From the NCBI RefSeq assembly GCF_037042905.1, contig NC_087245.1, positions 3,784,001 to 3,848,000 of the forward strand: 64,000 nt of DNA, in the 5' to 3' direction. Made by a program: the position numbers and the translations under genes. The DNA comes from Lytechinus pictus (Eukaryota). The notes under the pieces were generated by a model. The model had not been told where the DNA came from. It made no database searches and saw nothing but the letters and a program-made list of their open reading frames with translations. The first letter of the stretch is position 1; every line of letters begins with the position of its first letter. Positions 12,612 through 25,333 of the stretch are shown in pieces.

Positions 12612-12986
12612 ACCGAACCGTCCTTCAGTTTTTGTACTTGTAACTTTTATTTAGTTCGTCAAATTCATGTTGTGTTTCCATGGCATGCGTGACCAAAGAC
12701 ACTCAACGACAACGGCGTCCGCTCCGCGGACAGTAACCCAGGCCAGCGCCAGGGAGCTCCGGGCCGCGGGCCGGAGCTCCCTGGGTAATACGCGGACAGA
12801 TGCAGATAGATCATCATAGTCATAGATAGATGATCTAAGATTCTAACGTTAGATCTATTCTAATGCACTCATGGGTTAATTACCATCCTGCCCCGGGGGG
12901 CCACTTACATTGACGAGTGGATACCATGCGCGACCAAAAAAACACGTAATAAGGATGTCTTTTTCAAGATAAGGCACGTTACGTAC

Positions 12987-13433
12987 TAGACAGCTGGCAG
13001 CCATCTGTTTCGAGGAGTTTTTTAACTTTTTTTTTTTTTTTAATTTCTCCTCGTACACAGACGGCTCGCTAGCGTGCAGCCACCATTAGGGGACTTGCAA
13101 TGCAAAATCCCCCCGTCGGGGCTCTTCAATTTTTGTCTTTAATGAATAAAAATTTTGAAAATCAACGCGACCAAAATGCAAATTAATATTCCCTCTTGGC
13201 ATTAATTGCCAAAAAACGGAGAAAAATCAAGTTAAAAGGAACAAAAACAGTGACTTACCTCGGCTGTCGCGCAAATTCACTTCCCCGTTTTATCCGATCT
13301 TAAGTACATAAACATATGGCCATTGAGTCCCCTGTACAGATCGCGCTAGAACTTCGGTCTCTGTATTTGGTGAGTGAAGCCAACGGAGTTCAGCTGAACA
13401 ATCAACATAATAGAGACCGAAGCTTTTGGTCTA
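12987..13433. mobile_element. Mutator-like (9-bp TSD) MITE with TAGAC...GTCTA ends
   Basis: TSD GTTACGTAC at 12978-12986 and 13434-13442; same family as 40253-46404, with a fragment near 34985. Confidence 0.85.
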
Positions 13434-13613
13434 GTTACGTACGTAACGTGACAAGGGTGTCAAAAACACAAAAATAATGAAAAAAGGGTATCTATTTCTT
13501 TAGGAGATGATAAAACAAAATTAAAATGTGTTATAAAGGATGTCCTTTTTGCCCCAACATCACTACGTGATTAGAGTCCGATTTGTGCGAGGTGTGGAAG
13601 GTGGGGCCGTACT

Positions 13614-14647
13614 CACCCATGGTTGCAATGCTGCCGCCGTGCACGGTAAAATCAAGGCATGTCGCATGCAACTCACTCTATGAGCTGATCCTTCCACAGA
13701 ATTTGGAGATTCCTGGAGACCAGATTAACTAATTGTATGCATATAGCCAAATCGATATTGCTAAATATATCAATATTCCATAAAATTATTTCATTTCACT
13801 TACCAATCCGTATGAAGTCAATTTGGAGACTTATTTGAGTACTCTATTCCCCTCTGTTCCTCGTCTTTTCTTGCTCTTGACGATCGCGCGGCAGTACGAT
13901 TGTGGATGAACGACAACAATGAACATCAATTTTTGGCTTAAAGAGGGCGCGCGATTTATATTCATATCAAAGACATGACAAGGGCCAAGACTAGGCACCT
14001 AACTTATTTTACACACAAATCGACGCAAAGCACGACGCGAAGTCCGTAAAGTGACCAATCTTTTCGTCGTATAGACTTCGGCAGACCGTATCGTTTGTTA
14101 TAGCTTTGTACCGCTGGTTTCGTTCCAGGTACGTAGATTTTTTTTTCTATTTTTGTTTATTAGTCATCGTTTTAAATTATTTGCAATAAAGTGTTATCAT
14201 CGCCAATAATAATCTTGAATTATGTTTATGAAGGTATTCCATTTATTTGTGCCCATAATTAGTCAAGTAATCATAAGAATAGCGCATTCAAAGAATTTGG
14301 ACACGGTTATGAAATTACCGAGGAGCTGAATCAAGGTTGTGAAATTTATTAGCGCCACCAACGGGCTTCCTTGTATTTCCGTAGAAGAGACAAGCGAAGA
14401 CACTTTCCAGGCCGAGGTAAGCGAAATTTGCTCTTTTTGACCGATTATTATACCTTTTTACTTTTTTAATTTTTTAATGTATTGCTAATTACCGGAAAGA
14501 GCCCCGGTGCGTAGCGAGAAGGAGCTTCGGCAAATATTACTTCAGCAATGAAGCGATGTTTGCCGACTACTTCGAAATCTACGGTCAAACACGGTCCGGT
14601 GTACGAGGTTCGTATATATATATACGAACCTCGTACTAGTGTGAGTG
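13614..14647. mobile_element. Unclassified 1-kb insertion with 9-bp TSD and CAC...GTG ends
   Basis: TSD GGCCGTACT at 13605-13613 and 14648-14656; removing it restores the host element sequence. Confidence 0.7.
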
Positions 14648-15117
14648 GGCCGTACTAAACCAAATGGTGTAAAGGTAAAACCGACTACCGACGGACCCGT
14701 GACATAACAATAAAATATCGCTGTAATTGTTTAGGGGTTCATTTCAGGGAATACTTGCCAAGAGTATCGTTTTGTTGCCAATACTTGTTAAGGGTAGGGT
14801 TTCAGACGCAAATACTTGTTAAGGGGTGCATTTTCAGAATATGGAAAATACGTGTTTAGGGTGCTTTTGGAGACCCCATGGTCGCGCATGGTATCCACTC
14901 GTAAATGTAAGTGGCCCCCCCGGGCATCCTGCCTGTGGGGAATCTACAGGTAGGACTATGGTATGCCAATAATAATGCTGTACCATAGAGATATATACCG
15001 GTACCGATAATATAACGCTATAAAAATAGGGCGTACTTCGTCAAATCGCTGTGATTACGCGGAGACCGGCCGCCATTACTCGATAGGTCTTCGCAGCCTG
15101 CCATGCGCGTACAATAC

Positions 15118-15375
15118 CTTCCTCTTCTTCTTCTGGAAACAGTACAGTCCACCTTCTGGTGTATTGTCGTACTGGTGAAGTGCAGCGTGCAAGTGTATGT
15201 ACATTATCCGATAAAAAATTGCTTACAGTGTGCAAGTAAAAACAACCACCGTTATCAACGGAGCTGGGTCTTTTGTACCTCTTGTTTAAAGATGTGTAGA
15301 GAGGTACAATTAACTGTGCTGTTGGGAGGGAGTTCCAAAGTCTTATCGAATCTGGGAAGAAGCTCCTAGATGGGG
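15118..15375 (-). mobile_element. LINE 3' end fragment
   Basis: RSFFPDSIRLWNSLP motif followed by a 3' UTR and (GAA)n tail. Confidence 0.65.
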
Positions 15376-15641
15376 CATGTACACGGATGAGCACAGAACC
15401 GGAACAAAATGATGACATATGAGCGCAAAAGCAAATGGAAAAGCAAATTTGTAAATATTGCACTGGATTAAAGTGTAAATAATCCAGTTCACGGTTAGCT
15501 CATGATCAACTTTTCTCAAATGACCTTTGTGATTTTTCATTACGATAAGCACTACATGTATCATTTTCAAATGTAGATGCTGCGTAAGCTTTACCGGTAG
15601 AGTATTCAAATTCTAAGAACAAAAGGCATTGTATAGACCAA

Positions 15642-16670
15642 GGGCCCGTTTCTCAACACCGTCATAAGTCTAACTTCTTGACTAAATCGGAGATAGTGAG
15701 CTACTTGTCCGTTAACCGTTTCACAAAGCCCTCTTTACCAAGATCGGGTACAACAACCTCACTAAATATTTATGACACCTCTGAACCTGTCATAACTTCT
15801 TTCTTAATGACGTAGTGGTATCAGGTGGGTAGACTATGACATGCAAAAGTGCCTTGAAATTTTAAAATTACAATCTTACTTAATCAATCATAGAGGTTGA
15901 AATTACATCACAAAACAAGTGGGATAATGCATTCAATGATGATTGTAATACAAAGAAACTATAAAAACTGTTTGTAACGCCACAAAACCATTCATTTTGA
16001 AATAGTAAAATGATTTAATCGATAAAGATTCTATACCACGTCAGGCCATCCATAACTGAACTCGTATTTGTTGTTTTCAGACCCCTATTAACAGTTGGAT
16101 AAATTCTATCTCTAATTTATGCATATGATTTGTCAAATTTCGTATGTTTCGGTATCAATTATTAAAAAAGTTTTGTTAAACTATAATTTTGATGACTTTC
16201 GGGGTCATAAGAGACCGTATACTTATCATCATTTTACAAAGAAAACCGTTATGGTTTACTTTCGTAAACTATTAAAATTTGATATCCCGGGGGTACCCAT
16301 CTAAACGTTCACAAGCGATTTTTTAGTCATGAAATAAATTATTCAGAATTTAATTTTTTCTGCAATTAAATGCTCCAGTCTTCATGGTCTAAGTATGTAT
16401 GATGCATAATTCACCTGTGCTGTTATTTTGAAAAGATTTATTTCCCAATTCATCACAATATTTGCAATTTTGTCATAATTTCTCTTTTTGAAAATTATGC
16501 TATTTTGTGACTAAGGCTACGTCTCGTCTGCTCTTTTTACCAGTAGTATCGATATCAAGGTATTCTAGTTAGGAAGCCTTTTGAGAAACAGGTTTAGTAA
16601 GATTGGAGCTAACTCCGTGGTTGGTGGATAAAGATATGACTAACTTGTCCATGTGTTGAGAAACGGGCCC
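15642..16670. mobile_element. PIF/Harbinger-like MITE
   Basis: TIR GGGCCCGTTTCTCAACAC; 3-bp TSD CAA/CAG. The empty site ATAGACCAGGTGACTAG is present in the related element at about 8570. Confidence 0.75.
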
Positions 16671-18729
16671 CAGGTGACTAGAATAGTTCATCAGGGATAA
16701 AGTTTGGAAATCTGTTTTATTGTCTGCCTTTGGCACATTTGACTATTGTTTAGGTGACTGTCAAATACCAGTGATTATAAAGGCTCTATTTATTACTCTT
16801 CAGCTTGGATGTGATAAACATTTTGAAAGGAATACATGAATAATCATCAAATCACAAATGCCTATGTCAGTGAATTTGAAAGCCACCTTCATGGTTGTCT
16901 CCAATGACCTTTTTCTGCTCGTGCGCAGTTTACAACCGTGAACAGGCTTATTAACAAAAAATCTAGCAAAACTGAGGACAAAGATAGTATAGGCCTATCT
17001 GTAGCGCATAATATAGGCCTATCCTACATACAACTATAATACAGGCCAGCGATATATAGATCTATTCAGTCCCAATTGTTTTTGCTTTGGTCATAAATTT
17101 CGATACATTATTATGACTTCTATTTTCTAGCGATTTTTAAGGGATGAATATTAAAAATAACATAGTCCTGATTAACCAGTTTTTAATATGATTTGGTGTT
17201 CAAATTGACCTCAAAAAATTAATAGGCCCTATCACAGTGTCTGATGCATACACTGTACGAGACACTAAAGTATCGAAAAAACATGATTGCATTTTTTCAA
17301 GTATAGTTTCCTAATATGATGCTGATTGCGGATAATTTATTTCTTCACTTTAGATGATTGTTATAATTTATTTTCCATGTAGATCTACACATAGAAATCA
17401 TATATAGAATAGTGCCTAACTCCTTTTCCCCCATGGTCTTAAAAGTTGATGGAACCAACATCACAATAAGTCGTGAGTCCTAAAATAATCTTTTATTGGT
17501 AATTGAAAATGATTTACGCATTGATCCAGTTAAAAATTGATGATTTAGATTTCCTATGCTGGCAACCATCCGATCATATTGATTACTTTCTCACTTGCGA
17601 TCAATGTAGAAAAGTTTGTTGACAGCAATATTTGCGTATCAAATGCGTGCATGCAGTCGTTATGCAATGTACAGGAGACAGGAGGTCTGATGGGGGAAAG
17701 TTAAGGATGTTTACAGTATATTGCCTTGCAAACATTTCAAAATTTCGGAGAGTAAACAAACCACAGTGTGCAACATAAAACAATTTCACTTTAATTTTCT
17801 GGAAATTCTAGACTTGATTCATCCTGGCTAAAATACTTTGCTGATCGGCAAACTGGCTGAAATATTCTGTTGATATATCGCCGGTGTTTGTGATCCTATA
17901 TAATGATTTGTTATGTGAACAAATCAAGGATAGAATAATAAGGAGAGGAAGAAGGAGGAGAAGGAGATGAGAAGAAAATGGGCGGGAGGAGGGTATTATA
18001 ATTTGTATTATACTATAAAGAACATTATTACTACTGAGTGTATAAAATCAATTGATAACAATATCATGAAAGAGATAATTGCAAACTTAACAAACTTAAT
18101 ATATGAAAACGGTTGCAAAATTATGAGAACTAAAACCAAACATATTGAACAATAATATTGCAAACTGACAAATACTTTAAGATATTACAAATTGTTGGCT
18201 GTTCAGTGATCATCCTAATTTAATCTCAAGTATGATCATGATGATACCTTTCTTGAAATTGTGTTAATGAACTGTGTTGCTTGAATATTAACTTTATGGC
18301 AAATATTTCTAAACACTGGCACCGGCTGTCACCACTAGTCTCGGGAAATACAAACACGTTTTAGATAAGTCTGTAGATTTGTTTAGTGATTATGAACTAG
18401 GTAAAATCAATTACCATCTTTATTACTCTTTGGAGAAATAATAGATTATGCCTGGTGAATTTGATCAAAACAAACAAACAAATCTCGATAATTCACAATG
18501 GTTCCATACAACATTAAGGTTCACCTTTAAACAATGATTTGGATTCACAAAGATTACAATGATTCAAACATATGACCTTTGGAATTTGTCGCAATTTCTT
18601 TGTATAGAAAAGAAAATATAAAATACAATTTTTGAAGTATGATGCAATCCTTGATAAACTAAAAGCAGTATTAAAGAGTCACATTCTTGATAAATACATA
18701 CAGGTTAGCAGTCTGTGGATGATTTAATA

Positions 18730-19474
18730 TTATCTTTGAGCTGTTGGCATGACGTCAATCTTGTCAAGCTCATCGTGGGCTACGATGTCTTCAAGGGGGT
18801 GGTCGAATTAACTCACTCGCAGTGCCGAGGAAGATTTCCTCCTGTCATTGATCATGCAGACAAAACCGGTTCCACAAATGGCGGCCTAGTATCACAGGCT
18901 TACCAAGGAATGAGACTGTGGAAATGGGAATTACTGTTTCTGTTAGTTCTTCTTTTACATAAATATTCTATTTATCTTTCAGTTAAGAAAATAGAAAAAA
19001 AAAATCAAAAATACTTCTTGAATTGTTTTCTCTCTCTCAAAAAAAATCAACAACAAAAATCACAATCAATGTGGTATACATACTTCATACCCAATCCACT
19101 GATACATAGAAAACTGATTATTCCATGTTTTGGGTTTTTTTTATGACAGAAGTAATCATTATTTGTCCTACGTTGCATTTACAGTTCAGTAGTAAAACTC
19201 ATTCGTCACATTTGGACAAAAATAACAATATTGATAACTTTTCGAAAATCCTGACATGTATATAGAACAAATGAGCATTTACAATTGAGGGTAAATTGAG
19301 TTTAAATGCTTCCAACCTTTCAACAGCAATCGCATGTATATAATATAGATTGAATGATAGGCCAGTTCAACTTACGTTTATCTCGTCGAAACAATAGTGT
19401 AAAAACCCTGCAGAACAGCGTTGGCGTGGTCCTTGTAGTGACTTGGTTCTGACGGCTAATAAACGGAAAAACAT
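18730..19474 (-). pseudogene. Two-exon locus resembling a degenerate NDUFA4/C15orf48 (COXFA4) microprotein gene; may now be a lncRNA or encode a 40-aa smORF
   Basis: Donor AAC|GTAAGT at 19376/19375; branch point CTAAC and TTTCCACAG acceptor at 18916/18915; minus-strand AATAAA at 18424-18419. Frameshift-corrected translation by eye: VFTLLFRRDK/LIPLVSLVILAAICGTGF...INDRR...CE*VNSTTPLK...HDELDKI. Confidence 0.45.
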
Positions 19475-19479
19475 TGGAT

Positions 19480-19700
19480 TCTGACAAGAAATCTCCAAAG
19501 CCTTTTTACCTCACTTCACACTACACCACGCCCTGGTCTCACTTGCCCTGCACTCACACGTACGGCCTTTCCTGTACACGGCTTTTAGCATTCTGTCTAC
19601 GTGGCGCGAATAACGCTTACCCCTGACGTAGCGACAGCAAATCATTGTATGCATGGACGCATCGCATTCCAATACTAGTGTCCTAATTAAATGCACGCAG
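19480..19700 (-). promoter_or_regulatory. CpG-rich promoter-like region upstream of the minus-strand locus
   Basis: GGGCGTGG (GC-box), TGACGTA (CRE-like) and CCACGT motifs in a CpG-rich patch within AT-rich DNA. Confidence 0.45.
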
Positions 19701-20810
19701 TGGCGAACTTTGACACCGGCCTATACAATCAGATAAACACGCATTTTGCATATATTCAGTTTTGTTTGTCATTTTAAAAGTATATACGGAATTTGATCTT
19801 TTAGTTTTCTTCTTTTAATGTCATTAGTTAGCTTATGGGCCTGAGTTTGATTGTTCAGGTTTGTTTACAATAAGATTTCTATGGATGAACAAAATTATAT
19901 CAACATTTTTTATACGGGGCCGCGGAATGATTTTGAAAGTGGTAGGGCTGCATAAAATCACAATCATTTACTATCTAATGTTAATTTTTTCTTCAGGAAG
20001 GGGTCCAGTCGCGCCCCCTGTTTTTTATTTTGATCAGTATGTTAAAGTGCATTTGCTTGAATGCGTATGTCACTTTAATTACAACTCCCAATAAAAAGCG
20101 AATGAAAACAAAGATTCTAACGTAAAGTGAAGGGAATTAAAAAGCAAAAAGTTGGAACAAATGTCATTCTCTACATTTTTAAATCAATATTTCATTTTCG
20201 GTGCCATAAAGGTCTGCAGATTTCGGGAATTATGTTCGGAGAGAATAAAATCAACACGTTCACCAAATAACACAAATTTTAACATTGATGGTGTAACGGG
20301 AGGCTCACCAAGAACAATAATGAGAAGCCCTTTATGTACTACTTGCTAAAAAAATTATAATAGTGCATATATACAATAATCAAAGATCAGAACACTAACT
20401 TAACCTATATTTCATACAAACTAAAGCAAGTTACATATAGTAGGCCTATATAAAAATTACAAAATTATATCCAACATAAACATATTGGTCATGAGGACAT
20501 TAAAGGACGTGAATGAAGGAAATGTGGGGAAAGGGCGACGCAGTTAGGTAGGGAAATCCAGAGAAGATGGGCTATAATTCACTGTCTTTTGAATTAATTG
20601 TCAATCTTTCTATGAATGGACGTTGTATGTTTCATTTTCATCTGCTTATTTATGTGATATTGTTATAAAGGATGTACTTTTTGCCCCAACACTACGTGTG
20701 TAGGGTCTAATTTGAGCGAGGTGTGTGGGGTGGTACTAAACGCATGGTATCCATGACTGTCTATCAACAACAATCTCTTGAATGTGATATGTATTTCTTA
20801 ACTGCAGATC

Positions 20811-20985
20811 ATGGGGTCATCACCTAGTACTGCTTTAAAAGAAAAGACAGTGGTTGTGATCGGTGGCAGCTATGGTGGGAAGTCAGTGGCATATCCTCTC
20901 AGGGGTCAGTGTAAACTTATTGTGATTGATCCACGTGAGGCCGTGCATGTTACCATAGCATCACCAAGAGCATGCGTTGAACCAG
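20811..20985 (+). CDS. AIFM2: AIFM2/FSP1 (ferroptosis suppressor protein 1) coding exon 1
   Basis: MGSSPS myristoylation motif, Rossmann VVVIGGSYGG, SPRACVEPG; G|gtaata donor. The six exons sum to 1119 nt = 372 aa plus stop. Confidence 0.93.
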
Positions 20986-21346
20986 GTAATAAACCCAAAA
21001 GTGTACTTCCTATATGGCCTTTCTGTGTGACAGAGTACATGATCAAGTAAAAGGATCATGTCCATGGTCTACCCCAATAACAAGTTGATTTAAATAGAGA
21101 AAAAAAATCATACAATCATAAAGGAAACTGGAAAGTTCATAAATTATAGGATGCGAAATAAGAAAGTTATGACATTTTCAAGTTTCGCTGATTTGTAACA
21201 TTTGTAACATTATTTGTAATAGCGATGTTCACACCATACTGTAGGGGATATGCAAATGAGAGTTGGTGTCACAATCTCACTATTCAAATGAAATTGATAA
21301 AGTAGTTAAGTTTTTGCAGCTTTGATAGTAAGCGTGGACGATAAGT

Positions 21347-21696
21347 GGAAGCATCGTGGTGTAGTGGTTCTGACTCTCGCCTTGTAATCAGAGCTGAGGT
21401 CATGTGTTCGAATCCCACCATGGCCTAGTGTCCTTTGGCAAGGCTTCAATTTACAATTTGCCACTCCACCCAGGTTTTAAATGGGTACCTGGTATGCAAA
21501 AGCCTATGCAGTATGCTTAGCAATAGAGTCTTGGAACTCTTGTTGGAATGCTCCCAAGGGAGTGGAGAAGGTACAACATTGCATGCGGGCATGCAAGGAT
21601 CCGATGACCGGGGTAAAGATATATCTGTAAAGCACTTAGAGACCTTGTTCCGATGTATTAAGTGCTATATAAATGCGGAATATTATTATTATTATA
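21347..21696 (+). mobile_element. tRNA-derived CORE-like SINE with L2-type tail
   Basis: A box TGGTGTAGTGG, B box GTTCGAATCCC, CCACCCAGGTTTTAAATGGGTACC, tail TGTAAAGCAC...GTGCTATATAAATGC plus (TAT)n. Confidence 0.85.
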
Positions 21697-22378
21697 AGGA
21701 AACTCTTGACTGAATCACAAATGGATACAACAATTGCATAATTTCCACTTGTTCATGGAGGAATCAAACCATGGTTTATAATGAAAAAAAATGATATGTT
21801 TCATATTTGATATAATAAAATGTGAAAGATTTAGCGAGTTTCTACATCAATGCCCTCATTTGCATACTGTCTGTTTTGCATATAACTGTTTTGTGCCATT
21901 AAGCAAAACTCTGAAATGTCACTACTTTCTTACTTTATATGCAAATTTAGTAACTTTCCTTAACAACTGTACTAGAATGATAAAATAGATTGTAGCTTAT
22001 TTCAGGGCGATAATCTGATTTGTCTCTTTTTATTTGAGGTAAAAAGTAATACAATATTTAGAAGCAAGTGCAAAGTAATCAGTTAATACTCTGTATTCAG
22101 AAATCCCCTCCTAGTTCAAAATTAATGTACCCCCATCATACCTACCACTGATGACTTCAAATTTAAAGTAGCAATATACAAAAATATTGAGGTTAAGAAA
22201 TTATCATTTAAAAGGTTCCTGATACTTTGTTTCAAAGCTCAGAGGTGCTTGAAATTGCCCTTCTAGCATCACTTAACTCTTTAACTACAAAATCACACCA
22301 ATACCATTTTGATTTTCATTAGAGTCTATCACATCTTTTTGTAAATCAGGCCCTTGCTCTTTCGCTCTTTGATTTCAG

Positions 22379-22614
22379 GCTTTGCAAAGAGATGTCTTAT
22401 ACCACTTCAAGAAGTCTTTGGTGATAGTTTTGAGCAGGGCACTGTGGGTAAGATATCTCCGGAAGCAGGTCATGTTGTTCTCTCTGACGGCAAGGAGATT
22501 CCTTATGATTATCTAGTGATAGCTACAGGTACATCTGGTCCATTTCCAGGCAAACTTGAAAATGACTGCACTATCAATCAAGCATTGGATCTGTATGCAG
22601 ATGCATGTACCAAG
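22379..22614 (+). CDS. AIFM2: AIFM2 coding exon 2
   Basis: tttcag acceptor; GFAKRCLIP...YDYLVIATGTSGPFPGK...CTK|gtagat. Confidence 0.94.
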
Positions 22615-23095
22615 GTAGATATATACAACTTGCCTCTGTCTGTTCAGTCCATTTGAAGATACCTTTTTATATTAGGAGACTGAATTAAATGCATATGTCT
22701 TTATTCAGAAGTGATGGGATGTGAATTCATTTTTATCACTTGTCCAATGTAATTGATTTTAAACATCAAATTTTGTATATTATTAGTAAGGTCATATGTA
22801 CAAATTCTGTTGTTTACAATTACATATTAGAAATATAGACTTGACTTCAAATACACTTTAATACTGTTTTGTAGAAAACCATTGATCAGGCATGGATTTT
22901 ACTTGATACATTCTTCATATTTGATTGCCCCTAAAGAACTGTTTGCTTAACTCCTTGTCCCTAGTATTAGAGGATGAGGAAAATAATTTCTCTCCTCGCA
23001 CTTTTTTTTCACATGTAGTTCCTATATTCATATACTGTACATGTATTAGCGTAGACCTACAAGGTTAGTCTTAAAAATGCCTGATTCCATTGTAG

Positions 23096-23297
23096 GTGAA
23101 AGCTGCCAAGACAGTGGTGATCATTGGAGGAGGAGCTGTAGGGGTGGAGATTGCTGGAGAGATAGCTACAGATTACCCAGACAAGGAGGTTACTATCATT
23201 CATGCTAGGGATAGTTTGGTAGAACCTGCTACAAGCAATACATTCAGGGCCTCTGTACAGAAGCAGTTAGAAGAACTTAATGTTAAAATTATCTTTG
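23096..23297 (+). CDS. AIFM2: AIFM2 coding exon 3
   Basis: NAD(P)H-binding motif VVIIGGGAVGVEIAGEIATDYPDKEVTIIH; ag/gt boundaries in phase. Confidence 0.95.
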
Positions 23298-24272
23298 GTA
23301 TGTGCATTATCTGTCATCTTCTTCACTATGTAGAATTTATCATAATTATCCTGCCCTCGTTACTGAGGATTTCCTTCTCTCTCGACTATTTGGGCATGTG
23401 TATAAGTATTACCATTGTTGTGTTTCTTTTTCTTTCATTTTTTATGTTGACACCTCTCATCTGCCATACACCACAATGATTATGTATCATTGGGAATAAT
23501 ACACTACACATGTACACATACATTAGGTGATCAGTAATGCAAAACACTTACTGCAATGTGCTGATAATATATCATTACAAATCAATGCACTTTCTAAAAA
23601 GGACAGATGTACCCAGGAAATCATGTTTATTGTTTTGGTGATTATTGGTTATAGTGTTTTTGTGAAGGAAGGACTCCACAGAGTCTGCACTTGATTTAAG
23701 CTTGTGGCCCTGGTTCCAAATCCACTCATTTTACTTTCTCTCCTGTATGGTTTCATGTTTATGATATCACTGGAAAGCTTATTCTATCATATGTTGGTAG
23801 ACATGGACAGCAATTATGCTGCAGTATTGTTGGAAATGCCAGAAATTTTTTTTTTTCTTGGCTCCACAATATTTTGCATTAATGTAAAAAGAAATTATTA
23901 AATGAAAATGAGTGAACAATTGATATTATATAGTGAATAAGAATAGGTCTGTTGTTTAATCCCAACTTAATGATACCATAAACCCTTTTCTACACTTTTA
24001 AGTCTTTAGCTATTATTCAATCGTGTTGGTACTTTCAAAATATTAAAACATTAGCGTTTGATTATTGGTAATCGACTTTCCCAAATTTGCAGAAAGAATA
24101 GACTCAATACACAAAGGAAGGTATAGAACTGATCATACACTTATTTAGAATGACAAATATTATCTTTACCTCTGTAACTCTTTTTCTTCAGGGACAGGGT
24201 GGGGGATTCCCTAAACAAATATGGGACATAATAATATCTGCATGTCCCTCTCTACTCCATCTAACTCCTCAG

Positions 24273-24419
24273 GTGAGAAGGTGACCAATTTTGATGAAAT
24301 TCCTAGAGACCTTTCTGGAGCTACTGTTCTAACTGATAAAGGCAAGTCCATCCAAGCTGACATAGTATTTGTATGCATTGGTTTGAGAGTCAACAGTCAA
24401 GCATATGCAGAAGAATTTG
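24273..24419 (+). CDS. AIFM2: AIFM2 coding exon 4
   Basis: GEKVTNFDEIP...TDKGKSIQADIVFVCIGLRVNSQAY; phase 1/1. Confidence 0.93.
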
Positions 24420-25132
24420 GTAAGTGGTATCCACAGGTTTTTTGGGCACTTTGGTCATCAAACTTTGCTTGATCTAGGACCCGTTTCATAAAGATATACC
24501 AACTACGGTAACTACGGTAACCATTATGACAAATACCATAGAAACATCAAACAGCTAATCACAATCATGGTTTCTATGTTACTTACAATAAATTCAAAGT
24601 TATTATAGTTGAAATTCTTTATGAAACATGCCACTAGAATTAAGAAACTAGAATATTCAGTGAATTAATTTCTTGGAAAGCTGATAAAGTGTTTCAGTTT
24701 TCATGGAAATTCAGGGGTCCATTTCATCTAGAAATTTGAACTATGGTAACTTTGCCTTTATGGTATCTATCTTGGTAACAGACCTCAGAAGCCTAGATAC
24801 AAATCAAGGTCTACATGGTAGTTATAAAGCAAAGATGTAGTTAACGCAGGATATGTCTTATGAAATATATCCCAGGTCAGCTCTGCAAATAAGGAAAATT
24901 TTCAGCACATTTTAATTGTACAAAACATGTTTTTTCCCAAAACATTGGGGTTTTAGACAAAACAAACTTCGTAGGGATAAAGACCTAAGCCTCTGTTTCT
25001 TTTGTTTTAAAATTGTTGTAACTTGTTCATGTTTTCTTTCCTATGTGAAAGGATGTCAGCAGATGAATAAATGAAATGGTATATATTTTTTTCTTTCAGT
25101 ATTATTACCACTAAATCATTAATTATTTACAG

Positions 25133-25333
25133 GTTCCAAGATGGATGAAGGCGGTGCCCTCAAGGTCAACCAGTACCTTCAGGTTGAAGGTCATGAAAAT
25201 ATATTTGCTGTTGGTGACTGCTGCAATGCTGATATTCAGAAGATGGCATACAGAGCGGGAGAGCAAGGGAAGGCTGTTTATCACAACATCCTACAACATG
25301 CCAGTGGCTGTGCACTCAAACCATACCAATCAC
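25133..25333 (+). CDS. AIFM2: AIFM2 coding exon 5
   Basis: GALKVNQYLQVEGHENIFAVGDC...KMAYRAGEQG, including the GD FAD-binding motif. Confidence 0.95.

Larger units (their letters stand above)
12892..14924. mobile_element. Non-autonomous DNA transposon with about 45-bp TIRs and 8-bp TSD, carrying two nested insertions
   Basis: TIR CCCGGGGGGCCACTTACATTGACGAGTGGATACCATGCGCGACCA; TSD CATCCTGC at 12884-12891 and 14925-14932. Confidence 0.85.

Noticed and set aside
18715..19146. 143-aa plus-strand ORF
   Set aside because: GTG start, no splice context and a low-complexity 3' half; the signals point to the minus strand.
19160..19225. Minus-strand stem TTTGTCC...GGACAAA enclosing GTGACGA and CTGA
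   Set aside because: No box D adjacent to the 3' stem; insufficient for a snoRNA call.
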